Assembly (NCBI GenBank): GCA_030621225.1
Contig: JAUXIB010000001.1
Location: forward strand, 1,253-65,252
Direction: 5' to 3'
Source: a candidate division FCPU426 bacterium
GTDB taxonomy: Bacteria; Oederibacteriota; JAUXIB01
DNA length: 64,000 nucleotides
Below, one piece after another: positions 38,987 to 47,988 of this stretch. The stretch's first letter is position 1. Every line of letters starts with the position of its first letter. The notes under the pieces were generated by a model. That model saw only the letters and a program-made list of their open reading frames with translations. It had not been told where the DNA came from and did not search any database. A program made the position numbers and the translations under genes.

Positions 38987-39244
38987 GTCGCGAGTTACGA
39001 GTCTCGAGTCGCGTGTCGGCATATATGTTTTTAGCAGGCGATTGTGCCCTAGACGGACGCGTGACGTGTGACATGCGACCCGTGACTGAAACGCGGACTT
39101 TGCATGCGGCCTGTGATTTCTTGATTTAGGCCGCGTTTTCTGGTAAAATCGCCTGAACATAGTGGTTTAGGCGTTTTTTTGTTTTCACCCCCTCTTACGC
39201 GGCTTCGCCGCTGTTCTTCCCCATCGAGGGGGAGAGGGAAGGAA

Positions 39245-40340
39245 ATGATGGTATTAAAGGACCGTAGGCTTGAAGAGCTTTCTCAACGGCTTTCCAAGCT
39301 GGGAGGTTATCTTTGACCTGGCTACGAAACGAGAACGGCTTGTAGAGCTGGAAAAGGCCGCGGAGAATCCTGATTACTGGAAGGATAGAGAGACTGCCCG
39401 CAAGGGAGAAGCTGAAAGTGCCGGCCTGAGAAAAGATATAGAAACGGTAGCAGGGCTGGAGCAGCAGTTATCTGACCTGGTGGCGATGGCGGAATTGCTT
39501 GCCGGGGAAAAGGACGAGGGGCTGGCTGCCGAATTAGACCAGGGCAAGGAAACGCTGGCGCGGCAGCTTGGGCGGGCAGAATTTAGACGGATGCTTGACG
39601 GTGAACATGACCGCGCCGGTGCTCTGCTGACCATTCATCCCGGCGCCGGCGGTACGGAGAGTCAGGATTGGGCACAGATGCTTTCGCGTATGTATTCTCG
39701 TTGGGGCGAGAGTCGTGGCTATAAGCAGGAAGTGCTGGATCTACTGCCCGGTGAGGAAGCGGGGATCAAATCCGTAACCATTGCCATCAGTGGTGATTAT
39801 GCTTTCGGCTATTTGCGGGTTGAGCGCGGCGTGCACCGTCTGGTGCGCATATCTCCCTTTGACGCCAATAAGCGGCGACATACTTCTTTCGCCTCTGTGG
39901 ATGTGATCCCGGACATAGAAGACAGTATTGAGATGGATATCAGTGACGAAGAGCTAAAAGTAGATACCTATCGGGCGGGCGGCGCGGGCGGCCAGCACGT
40001 GAACAAGGTAGAATCGGCGGTGCGTATCACTCACTTGCCTACCGGTATCGTCGCACAATGCCAGAGCGAACGCTCGCAGCACAAAAACCGCGGCTCGGCG
40101 ATGAAGATCCTTAAAGCGCGTGTTTACGCTCATCGGCAGGAAGAGCTGGCCCGGGAGCGGAAAGAGGCCAGCCCTGAGAAAAAAGAAATAGCCTGGGGCA
40201 ACCAGATCCGCTCTTATGTTTTTCAGCCTTATACCATGGTCAAGGACCACCGTACGAATTACGAGATGGGTAATGTGAACGCGGTGATGGACGGTGATCT
40301 GGACAAGTTTATGGAGGAAGCGCTTAAGCAAAAGGTTTAG
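39245..40340 (+). CDS. prfB: Peptide chain release factor 2, with the programmed +1 frameshift at CTT TGA C (frame 0 is 39245-39313; the +1 frame runs from 39315).
   Basis: Frame 0 reads MMVLKDRRLEELSQRLSKLGGYL then TGA, with the internal SD-like GGGAGG three nt upstream of TAT CTT TGA C. The +1 frame continues ...DYWKDRETARK... and carries SGAGGQHVNK (the GGQ motif). Confidence 0.85.
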
Positions 40341-40486
40341 TTCTTCAGACACTCCAATATTAAATAGAATGAGGTTGGAAGGTTGAAGGTCAACGAAGGT
40401 CACGGGGAGTCAGTATTTCGTATCAGGTATCTAGTATCTGGTTGCATACTGAATACCAGCGACAGCAATTAAACAGGGAGGACGCG

Positions 40487-40798
40487 GTGCCTTTCATTGG
40501 AAACATATTAGTCGGTCTTGGACACGTATTGCAGATGTTTTTGCAGCTTTATATGTTCGTGGTCGTATGTAACGTACTGATCTCCTGGATAAACCCTGGG
40601 CCGATAAACCAGTTCGTGCTGGTATTGCGTGCCCTTTCCGAACCGGCGTTGCGTCCTTTTCGCCGGCTGGTCTCACCCTATAGATACGGCATAGACGTCG
40701 CTCCCATGCTGGTCATCCTGGTTCTGGTCTTTCTGCAATACGCCGTGGCCAGGAACCTGATCGTACTGGGGAGAATGCTGGGAGGAGGTATGCCATGA
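40487..40798 (+). CDS. YggT/Ycf19-family membrane protein.
   Basis: GTG start after an AGGGAGGA ribosome-binding site. It contains L.SW......P....L.EP.LRPFRR and two TM segments. Confidence 0.55.
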   Translation: MPFIGNILVGLGHVLQMFLQLYMFVVVCNVLISWINPGPINQFVLVLRALSEPALRPFRRLVSPYRYGIDVAPMLVILVLVFLQYAVARNLIVLGRMLGGGMP

Positions 40799-41886
40799 GC
40801 GGTGCTGTGATGAGAGTAAAGCTGGGCGCGGACTCACATGATGTCTATTTCCGTGGTTTGCAGGATCTGCCGCGTGTTTTGCGCGAGGTGGGGCTTAAAG
40901 ACCATGATTTTTTTATCCTCACCGATAAAAAGGTAGCCCGCCTTTACGGCCGGCGTTTGGCGGGGATCATGAAGCAAGGGAAGCTGCGCTGTAAATTGCA
41001 CGCGGTGCCGCAAGGGGAGCAGAGCAAGAACTTTGTTAGTTACCGGCGATTGATAGGTAAACTTAATTCCTTTGATGGTTTAAAAGTCCGCCCGGCGGTG
41101 ATCGCTTTTGGCGGTGGCGTGGTAGGCGATCTGGGAGGATTCCTTGCCGCGAGTTATAAGCGGGGTATTCCGCTCTTTCAGGTGCCGACTACATTATTGG
41201 CCCAGGTGGACAGTTCGTTGGGCGGTAAGACGGGGATAGATTATGTTACGCATAAGAATCTGGTGGGCGCCTTCTATCAACCGCGCGGCGTCCTGGTTGA
41301 TGTGTCCCTGCTGCGTACATTGAGCGAGGAGGACTATGCTACAGGACTGGCCGAGGTGATCAAATATGGTGTGATCAAGGACGCTGATCTGTTTGCGGGG
41401 CTGGAGCGGGACCGGGCGCGTGTTTTAGCCAGGGAGAGCGGCTATATGAAGGGAGTGGTGCGCCGTTGTCTGGATATCAAACGGCGGTTGGTGGAAAAGG
41501 ACGTTTATGATCGCCAGGGGATAAGGATAATCCTCAATTTCGGCCATACCATTGGCCACGCCGCGGAGAACGCGGCGCGCTACAGTTTGCCGCATGGTCG
41601 GGCGGTGGCCGTGGGGATGCTTTGCGCGGCGAAGTTGGCTCTACTGACGGAACATTTTTCCGCGCGTGGTTACCGGCGGCTGGCGGAGTTGATCGAGGGG
41701 ATGGGGTTGCCTACCATTTACCGAAAGCTAAAGTGGCGGGACATTCATGCCAGTTATGTTTACGATAAGAAGTTTACCACGGGAAAAAGCCGCTTTGTTT
41801 TACCAACGGCAATTGGCAAAGTGAAAGTGATTGAGGGAATACCGTTGGCTCTGGTGCGGCGGGTGGTTGGGCAGTTCCTCAAGTAG
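40795..41886 (+). CDS. aroB: 3-dehydroquinate synthase (or a related sugar-phosphate cyclase).
   Basis: The NAD and metal motifs of the DHQS family: GGGVVGDLGGFLAASYKRGIPLFQVPTTLLAQVDSSLGGKTGID and NFGHTIGHA. Confidence 0.75.
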   Translation: MSGAVMRVKLGADSHDVYFRGLQDLPRVLREVGLKDHDFFILTDKKVARLYGRRLAGIMKQGKLRCKLHAVPQGEQSKNFVSYRRLIGKLNSFDGLKVRPAVIAFGGGVVGDLGGFLAASYKRGIPLFQVPTTLLAQVDSSLGGKTGIDYVTHKNLVGAFYQPRGVLVDVSLLRTLSEEDYATGLAEVIKYGVIKDADLFAGLERDRARVLARESGYMKGVVRRCLDIKRRLVEKDVYDRQGIRIILNFGHTIGHAAENAARYSLPHGRAVAVGMLCAAKLALLTEHFSARGYRRLAELIEGMGLPTIYRKLKWRDIHASYVYDKKFTTGKSRFVLPTAIGKVKVIEGIPLALVRRVVGQFLK

Positions 41887-41958
41887 AGTTTGTCGCGGGT
41901 CACGGGTCGCTGGTTGCGTGTCCGGCGGCAGAGAGTGACGCACGATACGAGACAAGAC

Positions 41959-43152
41959 ATGAAACAAAACCCCGGTAAAATAAAACTAGAACTCTATTGC
42001 AAAGGGATCAAGATAGACGATTCCTGCGAGTTGGCAGAAGACGCCCAACCGATTCAGCGCACACGCGCGGGACTGGGCAGCGGTCTGGAGGTGATACTCC
42101 CCGCGGGTTTGTTGGCCAATATTCCGGTAACGGAAGAATTTGTCCGGGACACACCATTTTTGTTAGTTAAACGGGGTGGTTGTTACTATATCTTACGAAA
42201 TGGCGAGACGGTTTGCCCGGTCAAGCTGCCGCGGCAACCTGATTGGTACCGGAAGAAAACTCCCTCTGGTTCGTTGATGTCCCGCGTTGGGGTTATGCAA
42301 GGGACTTATTTGGGCGTTTATCCTACCAAGATCTGCTCTTATTGGGACGATGATCCCAAGCGGAATTGTAAGTTTTGCAGCACCGGCCTGAATATCGGCA
42401 AGTATGAGCAAGCGGAGAAAAGCGTGGAGGATGTGGTAGAGACCGCTCGGGCCGCCAAGCGGGAATCCAAGATCACTTTTGTACATTTTAATGCCGGTTA
42501 TTACGGTGGTGATGAATTGCTTGCCGTTGAGCCTTATGTCAAGGCGGTAAAACAGGAAACCGGCCTCTTGGTCGGGGTGCAGGTTCCTCCCTCAAAAGAT
42601 TTGCGGCAATACGATCGGCTGGTAGCGTCTGGGGTGGACCATTTTTCTTTTTGTTTCGAGCTGTGGAATCGCGAGAAGTTCGCCGAGGTCTGTCCCGGTA
42701 AGCAGGACACGCTGGGCCAGGAGGTTTTTTACGCGGCGATGAAGTATACGGCTGGGTTGATGGGGGTGGGTAAGAACTCGGGTGAGATCATCGCCGGCCT
42801 GGAGCCTTTGGCGGATACCTGTCGTGCGCTGAATTTCATAACGGATGTCGGTTGTTTCCCTACCGTATGTGTTTTTCGCCCGCTTACGGGTACCGACTAC
42901 GAAAAGACGCCGTCACCAAAATACGAAGAGATGCTCAAGGTTTTCAACCATATGTATCGCGTCTGTCGTGACAAGGGAATCCCTACTGGTATTGCGCCCA
43001 ACGTTAAAGTGAGTATTGTCGTCCTGCCTTATGAGGGGAGATATTTTGCTGAGGGTTGGGGACTAAAGGATGTTTGGTATAGTTTTAAGTTGGCGCTGAT
43101 CAGAGTGGTGTTTAGGAGCTATTTTAGGCTAAAAATGCTGTTCAAGAGATAA
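41959..43152 (+). CDS. Putative atypical radical-SAM/TIM-barrel Fe-S enzyme.
   Basis: Cys cluster CSYWDDDPKRNCKFC (Cx10Cx2C), then YYGGDELL (GGE-like) and GEIIAGLE (GxIxGxxE-like). Start taken at ATG 41959; the longer ORF from 41890 begins inside a GTCACGGGTC repeat. Confidence 0.35.
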   Translation: MKQNPGKIKLELYCKGIKIDDSCELAEDAQPIQRTRAGLGSGLEVILPAGLLANIPVTEEFVRDTPFLLVKRGGCYYILRNGETVCPVKLPRQPDWYRKKTPSGSLMSRVGVMQGTYLGVYPTKICSYWDDDPKRNCKFCSTGLNIGKYEQAEKSVEDVVETARAAKRESKITFVHFNAGYYGGDELLAVEPYVKAVKQETGLLVGVQVPPSKDLRQYDRLVASGVDHFSFCFELWNREKFAEVCPGKQDTLGQEVFYAAMKYTAGLMGVGKNSGEIIAGLEPLADTCRALNFITDVGCFPTVCVFRPLTGTDYEKTPSPKYEEMLKVFNHMYRVCRDKGIPTGIAPNVKVSIVVLPYEGRYFAEGWGLKDVWYSFKLALIRVVFRSYFRLKMLFKR

Positions 43153-43167
43153 TCTGTGGAGAAAAGG

Positions 43168-44445
43168 ATGACTCGTGAAACCAGGCGCCAGCTTACTCAT
43201 ATTTTCCTTATTGGTTTCGCATTCTTCCTGCCCTATTTAGGGAAGACCGTTGCTGTAGGCTGTGCTTTTTTCGCTCTGGTTTTTAATCTTACGTTGTTGC
43301 CTCGTCTTGTTCCGAGTTTGTTTCGGCGCGGTGAGGGAAAGCTTTCAGGCGTGACGCTCTATCCTTTTTCCGTGTTGCTGCTGGTTTTGTTTTTCCCTTT
43401 GCCGGTGGCGGCCGCAGCTTGGGCGGTGATGGCGCTGGGTGATGGCGCCGCCACGATTGTCGGCAAAAAGCTCAAAGGTCCGCGGCTGCCCTGGAACCGC
43501 GCCAAGAGCTGGTCGGGATCGTCGGCGTTTCTGATCGCTGCTTTTTGGGGAGCTTATGGTCTTTACGGCTGGATGACGGGAGACTTCGGTCCGGCGGCTG
43601 TTTGTCTGGTGGTTGCCGGGGTCTTGGCCGGGGCACTGGTGGAATCCTTGCCGTTAACAGTGGATGACAACTTAAGTGTGCCGTTGGCGGCCGGGATCGT
43701 GATCTGGCTTGGCACACTATACCCGGCGGCGCAGGTCGTTACCACGGAACGTCTGCTGTTGGCCCTGGCTATAAATTTACCCATTGCCTTGATAGCGTTG
43801 CTTGCTGGCCAAGTGAGTAAAAAGGGGTTCTTGGCGGGACTGCCGCTGGGTGTGGTTATGCTTTGCTGGTCGGGTTGGCCGGGCTATCTGGCGTTGGTTT
43901 CTTTTTATGCTTTGGGAAACTTGGCTACCAAGACCGGTTATCGCCGCAAGAAAACCAGGGGTAGCGCTCAAGAGAGAGGGGGACGACGCGGTGCTAAGCA
44001 CGCTCTGGCTAATTGTTTGGTAGGGGCGGGGGCCGCCTTGGCTTACTATTTAAGCGGGGAGCCGTTGTTTATGGTAGCGCTCGTTGCATCTTTTGCTACT
44101 GCCGCTTTTGACACGGTGAGCGGTGAACTGGGCCAGCTTTTTCCGGGGAAACCAATATCACTCTTGACATTCAAGCGTGTCCCGGTGGGTGAGAGCGGCG
44201 CCGTATCCCTGGGTGGGACCTTGTGCGGGTTGGCTGCCGCCGGTTTGGTGGCCTTGGCGCCTTATCTTGCCGGTGGTTTAGCCGGGCGCTGGATAGCGGC
44301 GGTACTTTGTGGCGCGACCCTGGGAGCGTTAGCGGAAAGCTATCTGGCGCTGTCTATGGAAAAACGAGGGCTGCTGGATAACGAGGAGTTGAATTTTACC
44401 AATACGCTGATCGGTGCGGTAGCAGCATTTTATCTGGCGGGATAA
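43168..44445 (+). CDS. Polytopic membrane protein: a CTP-dependent polyprenol/phytol-kinase-like domain fused to DUF92 (TMEM19-like).
   Basis: Kinase-family motif LGDGAATIVGKKLKGPRLPWNRAKSWSGSSAF. The C-terminal half has DUF92-like Gly-rich TM helices. Confidence 0.5.
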   Translation: MTRETRRQLTHIFLIGFAFFLPYLGKTVAVGCAFFALVFNLTLLPRLVPSLFRRGEGKLSGVTLYPFSVLLLVLFFPLPVAAAAWAVMALGDGAATIVGKKLKGPRLPWNRAKSWSGSSAFLIAAFWGAYGLYGWMTGDFGPAAVCLVVAGVLAGALVESLPLTVDDNLSVPLAAGIVIWLGTLYPAAQVVTTERLLLALAINLPIALIALLAGQVSKKGFLAGLPLGVVMLCWSGWPGYLALVSFYALGNLATKTGYRRKKTRGSAQERGGRRGAKHALANCLVGAGAALAYYLSGEPLFMVALVASFATAAFDTVSGELGQLFPGKPISLLTFKRVPVGESGAVSLGGTLCGLAAAGLVALAPYLAGGLAGRWIAAVLCGATLGALAESYLALSMEKRGLLDNEELNFTNTLIGAVAAFYLAG

Positions 44446-44545
44446 GGAATTCCGAGTTATGAATTCTGAATGCTGAATTATGAATAACGTTGATTGCAAA
44501 AAAACTTAAACTACTTAACGTTCACTTTAGTATAATTTGAGAGTT

Positions 44546-46000
44546 ATGCGTATATTAGTAACATATCCGCCGCTCAAAGGCCCGGGTCAGCCGACCCTGG
44601 GGCAGAACCGCCAGTTCCAGTGGTTTCACAATCCTTCATATATATACCCCATGGTTCCCGCCTCGGCCGCTACTATGCTCAAGCAGGCAGGACATGACAC
44701 GCTTTATTTGGACGCCATTGCCCGCGAATGGGACTGGATTCGTTACCGGCAGGCATTGAAGGACTTTGGGCCGGATCTTTTAGCCATGGAGACAAAGACG
44801 CCGGTAGTAAAGCAGCACTGGGCGATCATAGATAAAATAAAGAAGTTGTTGCCGGAGGTGAAGTTGGTTTTGATGGGCGATCACGTCACCGCGTTTCCCA
44901 AGGAATCATTTGACAATTGCGGCGTGGATTTTGTTTTGGCCGGAGGATATTATGATTTCCAGCTTGTCGCCCTGGCGGGCTACCTGGCGGGGAAGGGCAA
45001 GCTTGAGGCCGGCACCTATTACCGTACGTCGAGCGGTAAAATAGGCTCGACCGGTAATTTTCGCACGGACTATGATCTGAATAAAGCCCCGCTCGTTGAT
45101 CGTGAACTTACCTCCTGGAAACTGTATGGTGAAAAACTCTACAAAAGAACTCCCTTTACTTACATGATGTCCGGCCGCGATTGCCCTTATGCCAAGTGTA
45201 CCTTTTGTTCCTGGACGACGCTGTACCCAAGATTTAATGCCAGGCGTCCGGAACGCAGCCTGGAAGAGGTGGGGCATCTGGTAGAGAACTACGGTATTCG
45301 TGAGATATTTGATGATACGGGTACTTTCCCGCCAGGCGGATGGTTGGAAAAGTTCTGCCGGGGGATGATCGAGCGTGGTTACAGTGAGCAAACATTGATC
45401 TCCTGCAATTATCGTTGTGATTATATTTTGCGGAGCGATCTACAGTTGATGAAACGCGCGGGGTTCCGTTTGATGAAGATGGGTTTGGAGTCGGCGAACC
45501 AGGATACGCTTGACCGTTTGAAGAAGAACACCACGGTAGAAAAAATCGTCGCCGGTTGTAAGGCCGCCAAGCAAGCGGGATTGGACGTGCACTTGACAAT
45601 AATGGTGGGGTATCCCTGGGAGAGCCGCGATGACGCGCGGCGTACGCTGGACTTGGCGCGTGAGTTGATGATCAAGGGGTACGCTGATATGCTGCAGTCC
45701 ACTGTAGTTATGTCTTACCCGGGAACCCCGCTTTGGCGAGACGCGGTAAAGAACGATTGGTTGAAGTTTCCTGCTGATGCTTACGAGAAGCTGGATATGA
45801 CTCGACCGGTGTTTAAAATAAAAGGAGTAAGCGACGAGGAGATTATGGAGATATGCAACGCCATTTATCGCACTTTTCTTCATCCGCGTTTTGTTTGGAA
45901 CCACTTGCGGCGTATCCGTTCCTTTGAAGATGTTCGTTATATTGCGCGCGGCGTTAAGCCGGTGTTTGGACATCTGCTCGATTTTATGCGGAAAGTTTGA
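44546..46000 (+). CDS. B12-binding-domain radical SAM protein.
   Basis: N-terminal Rossmann-like B12 domain, a Cys motif CPYAKCTFC, and an overall ~480-aa class-B radical-SAM architecture. TATAAT lies 9 nt upstream, so the transcript may be leaderless. Confidence 0.65.
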   Translation: MRILVTYPPLKGPGQPTLGQNRQFQWFHNPSYIYPMVPASAATMLKQAGHDTLYLDAIAREWDWIRYRQALKDFGPDLLAMETKTPVVKQHWAIIDKIKKLLPEVKLVLMGDHVTAFPKESFDNCGVDFVLAGGYYDFQLVALAGYLAGKGKLEAGTYYRTSSGKIGSTGNFRTDYDLNKAPLVDRELTSWKLYGEKLYKRTPFTYMMSGRDCPYAKCTFCSWTTLYPRFNARRPERSLEEVGHLVENYGIREIFDDTGTFPPGGWLEKFCRGMIERGYSEQTLISCNYRCDYILRSDLQLMKRAGFRLMKMGLESANQDTLDRLKKNTTVEKIVAGCKAAKQAGLDVHLTIMVGYPWESRDDARRTLDLARELMIKGYADMLQSTVVMSYPGTPLWRDAVKNDWLKFPADAYEKLDMTRPVFKIKGVSDEEIMEICNAIYRTFLHPRFVWNHLRRIRSFEDVRYIARGVKPVFGHLLDFMRKV

Positions 46001-46126
46001 TTAGTATCTCGTATTTAGTAGTTCGTATCTCGTTGCGGATAGGCGAGAGAAATAGAAGACAAAGCGAACTAGATACTAGGAACCAGATACAGGTGGCTGA
46101 TACCATGTGAAAAGGAAACTTACTTA

Positions 46127-46963
46127 ATGCCAAGTAAGAAGCCGTTAGTTAGCATAGTGGTGACCACCCGCAACTCGATGCGTACACTGCGGGCTTGTCT
46201 GGAATCGATCAAGCGGCAAAGTTACCCGCGTCGAGAGTTGATCGTGGTGGACAACAAGAGCAGCGATGGTACTTTGGAGTTCGCACGGCGCTATAGTCGC
46301 AAAGTGTTTACCGCTGGGCCTGAACGGCACGTGCAGCGGAACTATGGCTTGAAAAAGGCGCGGGGGAAGTATTTGATGTTCATTGACTCGGATATGGAAC
46401 TTGCCCGTGGTTTGGTGGCCGAGGCGGTAAGTAAATGCGAAAACCACGAATACGGTGCGCTGATCTTACCGGAAATATCTGTGGGGAAAGGCTTTTGGGC
46501 GCGGTGCCGTATGCTTGAGAAGAAGTGTTATTTGCAAGATAAATTGATGGAAGCGGCCAACCGTTTTATTTTACGGCGGGATTATGTAAAGGTTGGTGGT
46601 TATGACGATACGCTGATCGTGGGTGAAGATTTCGACTTGCACGAAAAATTATTGGCGGCCGGAGTGCGTATCTCGCGGGTGAGCTCAATGATTCGCCACC
46701 ACGAAGTGCGCGGTTTCCGGGAGATGTTGGCCAAGCATTTTTATTATGGTTCGCTGATGCCCGGTTATTTGCGTCGTCATCCCGTGGATGGTACGGGACG
46801 CTTTTTCCCGCTGCGGCCTGCCTATTTTCGTAATTGGCGTCTCTTTCTGCGCGATCCGATGCATGGGATAGGATTGGTGGTGATGAAGGTGTTGCAGTAT
46901 GTTGTGGCAGGGATAGGGTTTGTGTGGGGGGTGGGGCGCGGGGTAGTAAAAATTAAAAATTAA
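46127..46963 (+). CDS. Family-2 glycosyltransferase, polyprenol-phosphate sugar transferase-like.
   Basis: VSIVVTTRNSMRTLRACLESI...VVDNKSSDGT and a DSD motif (MFIDSDMEL). Confidence 0.75.
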   Translation: MPSKKPLVSIVVTTRNSMRTLRACLESIKRQSYPRRELIVVDNKSSDGTLEFARRYSRKVFTAGPERHVQRNYGLKKARGKYLMFIDSDMELARGLVAEAVSKCENHEYGALILPEISVGKGFWARCRMLEKKCYLQDKLMEAANRFILRRDYVKVGGYDDTLIVGEDFDLHEKLLAAGVRISRVSSMIRHHEVRGFREMLAKHFYYGSLMPGYLRRHPVDGTGRFFPLRPAYFRNWRLFLRDPMHGIGLVVMKVLQYVVAGIGFVWGVGRGVVKIKN

Positions 46964-47091
46964 AAAGGAAAAAGGATTGGTTGTTTCACAGCATAGCTGT
47001 GAAACGGACAATGATATTTGTAGGGGCGGCTCGTGAGCCGCCCGGAGAACCGGCATTTAAAAAGAAAACAGCAAACAACAAGGAGATACAA

Positions 47092-47595
47092 ATGGCTGAT
47101 GAGACGAAACAACTAACTGAAGAACAGATCTTCGAGGGCATGTTTTTTTCGCTGGTGATCTCGCTTTCTACGGCAGCGATGTCGCAGATGGGTAAGATAG
47201 CTAATCCGGTGAGCCAAAAAATAGAGCGGAATCTGACCCAGGCCAGGGGCTCTATTGATATGTTGCGTATGATCAAAACCAAGACCGAGGGCAACCTCAG
47301 CGAGAATGAGAAAGGGTTCTTGGAGAAGACCGTTAACGAGCTGCAGATGAATTTTCTGGATGAAGTGAAGAAGGGAGATGAGCCGGCAGAAGTCGAGGCG
47401 GTGAACGAGCGAGATGGAGAACCCTCCTCCGCGAAAGAGCCTGCCTCCGTTGAAACTACGGCGGACAAGACGGAGGCAACGGGCGAAACGGCGCGGCCTG
47501 AGGATAAAGGCCAAGCGGAAGCTAAGCCCGCGCCCGAGAAAACGGCGAAGAAGAAAGCCGCTAAGAAAACCAACCAAAAAAAGAAAAAGGAATAG
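47092..47595 (+). CDS. DUF1844-family protein with an acidic, Lys-rich C-terminal tail.
   Basis: AGGAGA ribosome-binding site, then MADETKQLTEEQIFEGMFFSLVISLSTAAMSQMGKIANP... Confidence 0.5.
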   Translation: MADETKQLTEEQIFEGMFFSLVISLSTAAMSQMGKIANPVSQKIERNLTQARGSIDMLRMIKTKTEGNLSENEKGFLEKTVNELQMNFLDEVKKGDEPAEVEAVNERDGEPSSAKEPASVETTADKTEATGETARPEDKGQAEAKPAPEKTAKKKAAKKTNQKKKKE

Positions 47596-47982
47596 ATCCA
47601 CAGATTTCACAGATTTCACAGATTATTATTTGGATAACGGCAAAGGTGATTCTTCGTTAGAGGGGAAGCATTCTTGGTTTTGACGGTTTGAAGTCAAGGT
47701 TGGACACAAAAATTACACCGATGATAACTGAGGTATATGAGGGTTCCGTTTCCACCATGAAAATATATAAAAACGGAAGTCATCCCGGCACTACAAAGAA
47801 GTTAATAAGAATTCCCGGGCTAACGCCCGTGTCTTCTTGTTCCGGTGTAGCTTGTGTCTTCTGATTTGCGGAATAATGCGGGGTGTAATTGGACTTTTTA
47901 GTAAACGGGTTTGCGTATTTCGCGGGTGGCTTTTTCAAGTAGTTTTTTAGTTACTAAGAAAAAATCTGTGTAATCTGTGGAT
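47596..47982. repeat. ~390-bp noncoding element bounded by 20-bp terminal inverted repeats (ATCCACAGATT[T/A]CACAGATT); MITE-like.
   Basis: Left end ATCCACAGATTTCACAGATTTCACAGATT at 47596-47624. Right end AATCTGTGTAATCTGTGGAT at 47963-47982; 19 of 20 positions are complementary. It has no ORF and is AT-rich. Confidence 0.45.
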
Positions 47983-47988
47983 TAAAGA

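Noticed and set aside
41890-41958. N-terminal extension of the Fe-S protein ORF (MSRVTGRWLRV...).
   Set aside because: These first 23 codons are translated from the GTCACGGGTC intergenic repeat. The ATG at 41959 with a typical N-terminus is the more plausible start.
44489-44545. Cobalamin riboswitch upstream of the B12-binding radical SAM gene.
   Set aside because: The upstream region is only ~90 bp. It is occupied by a family-B repeat and a TATAAT box, which is too short and lacks the conserved B12-box.
46986-47619. Minus-strand ORFs of 195 and 168 aa overlapping the DUF1844 gene.
   Set aside because: Low-complexity antisense translation. The plus-strand gene has a ribosome-binding site and a recognisable family signature.
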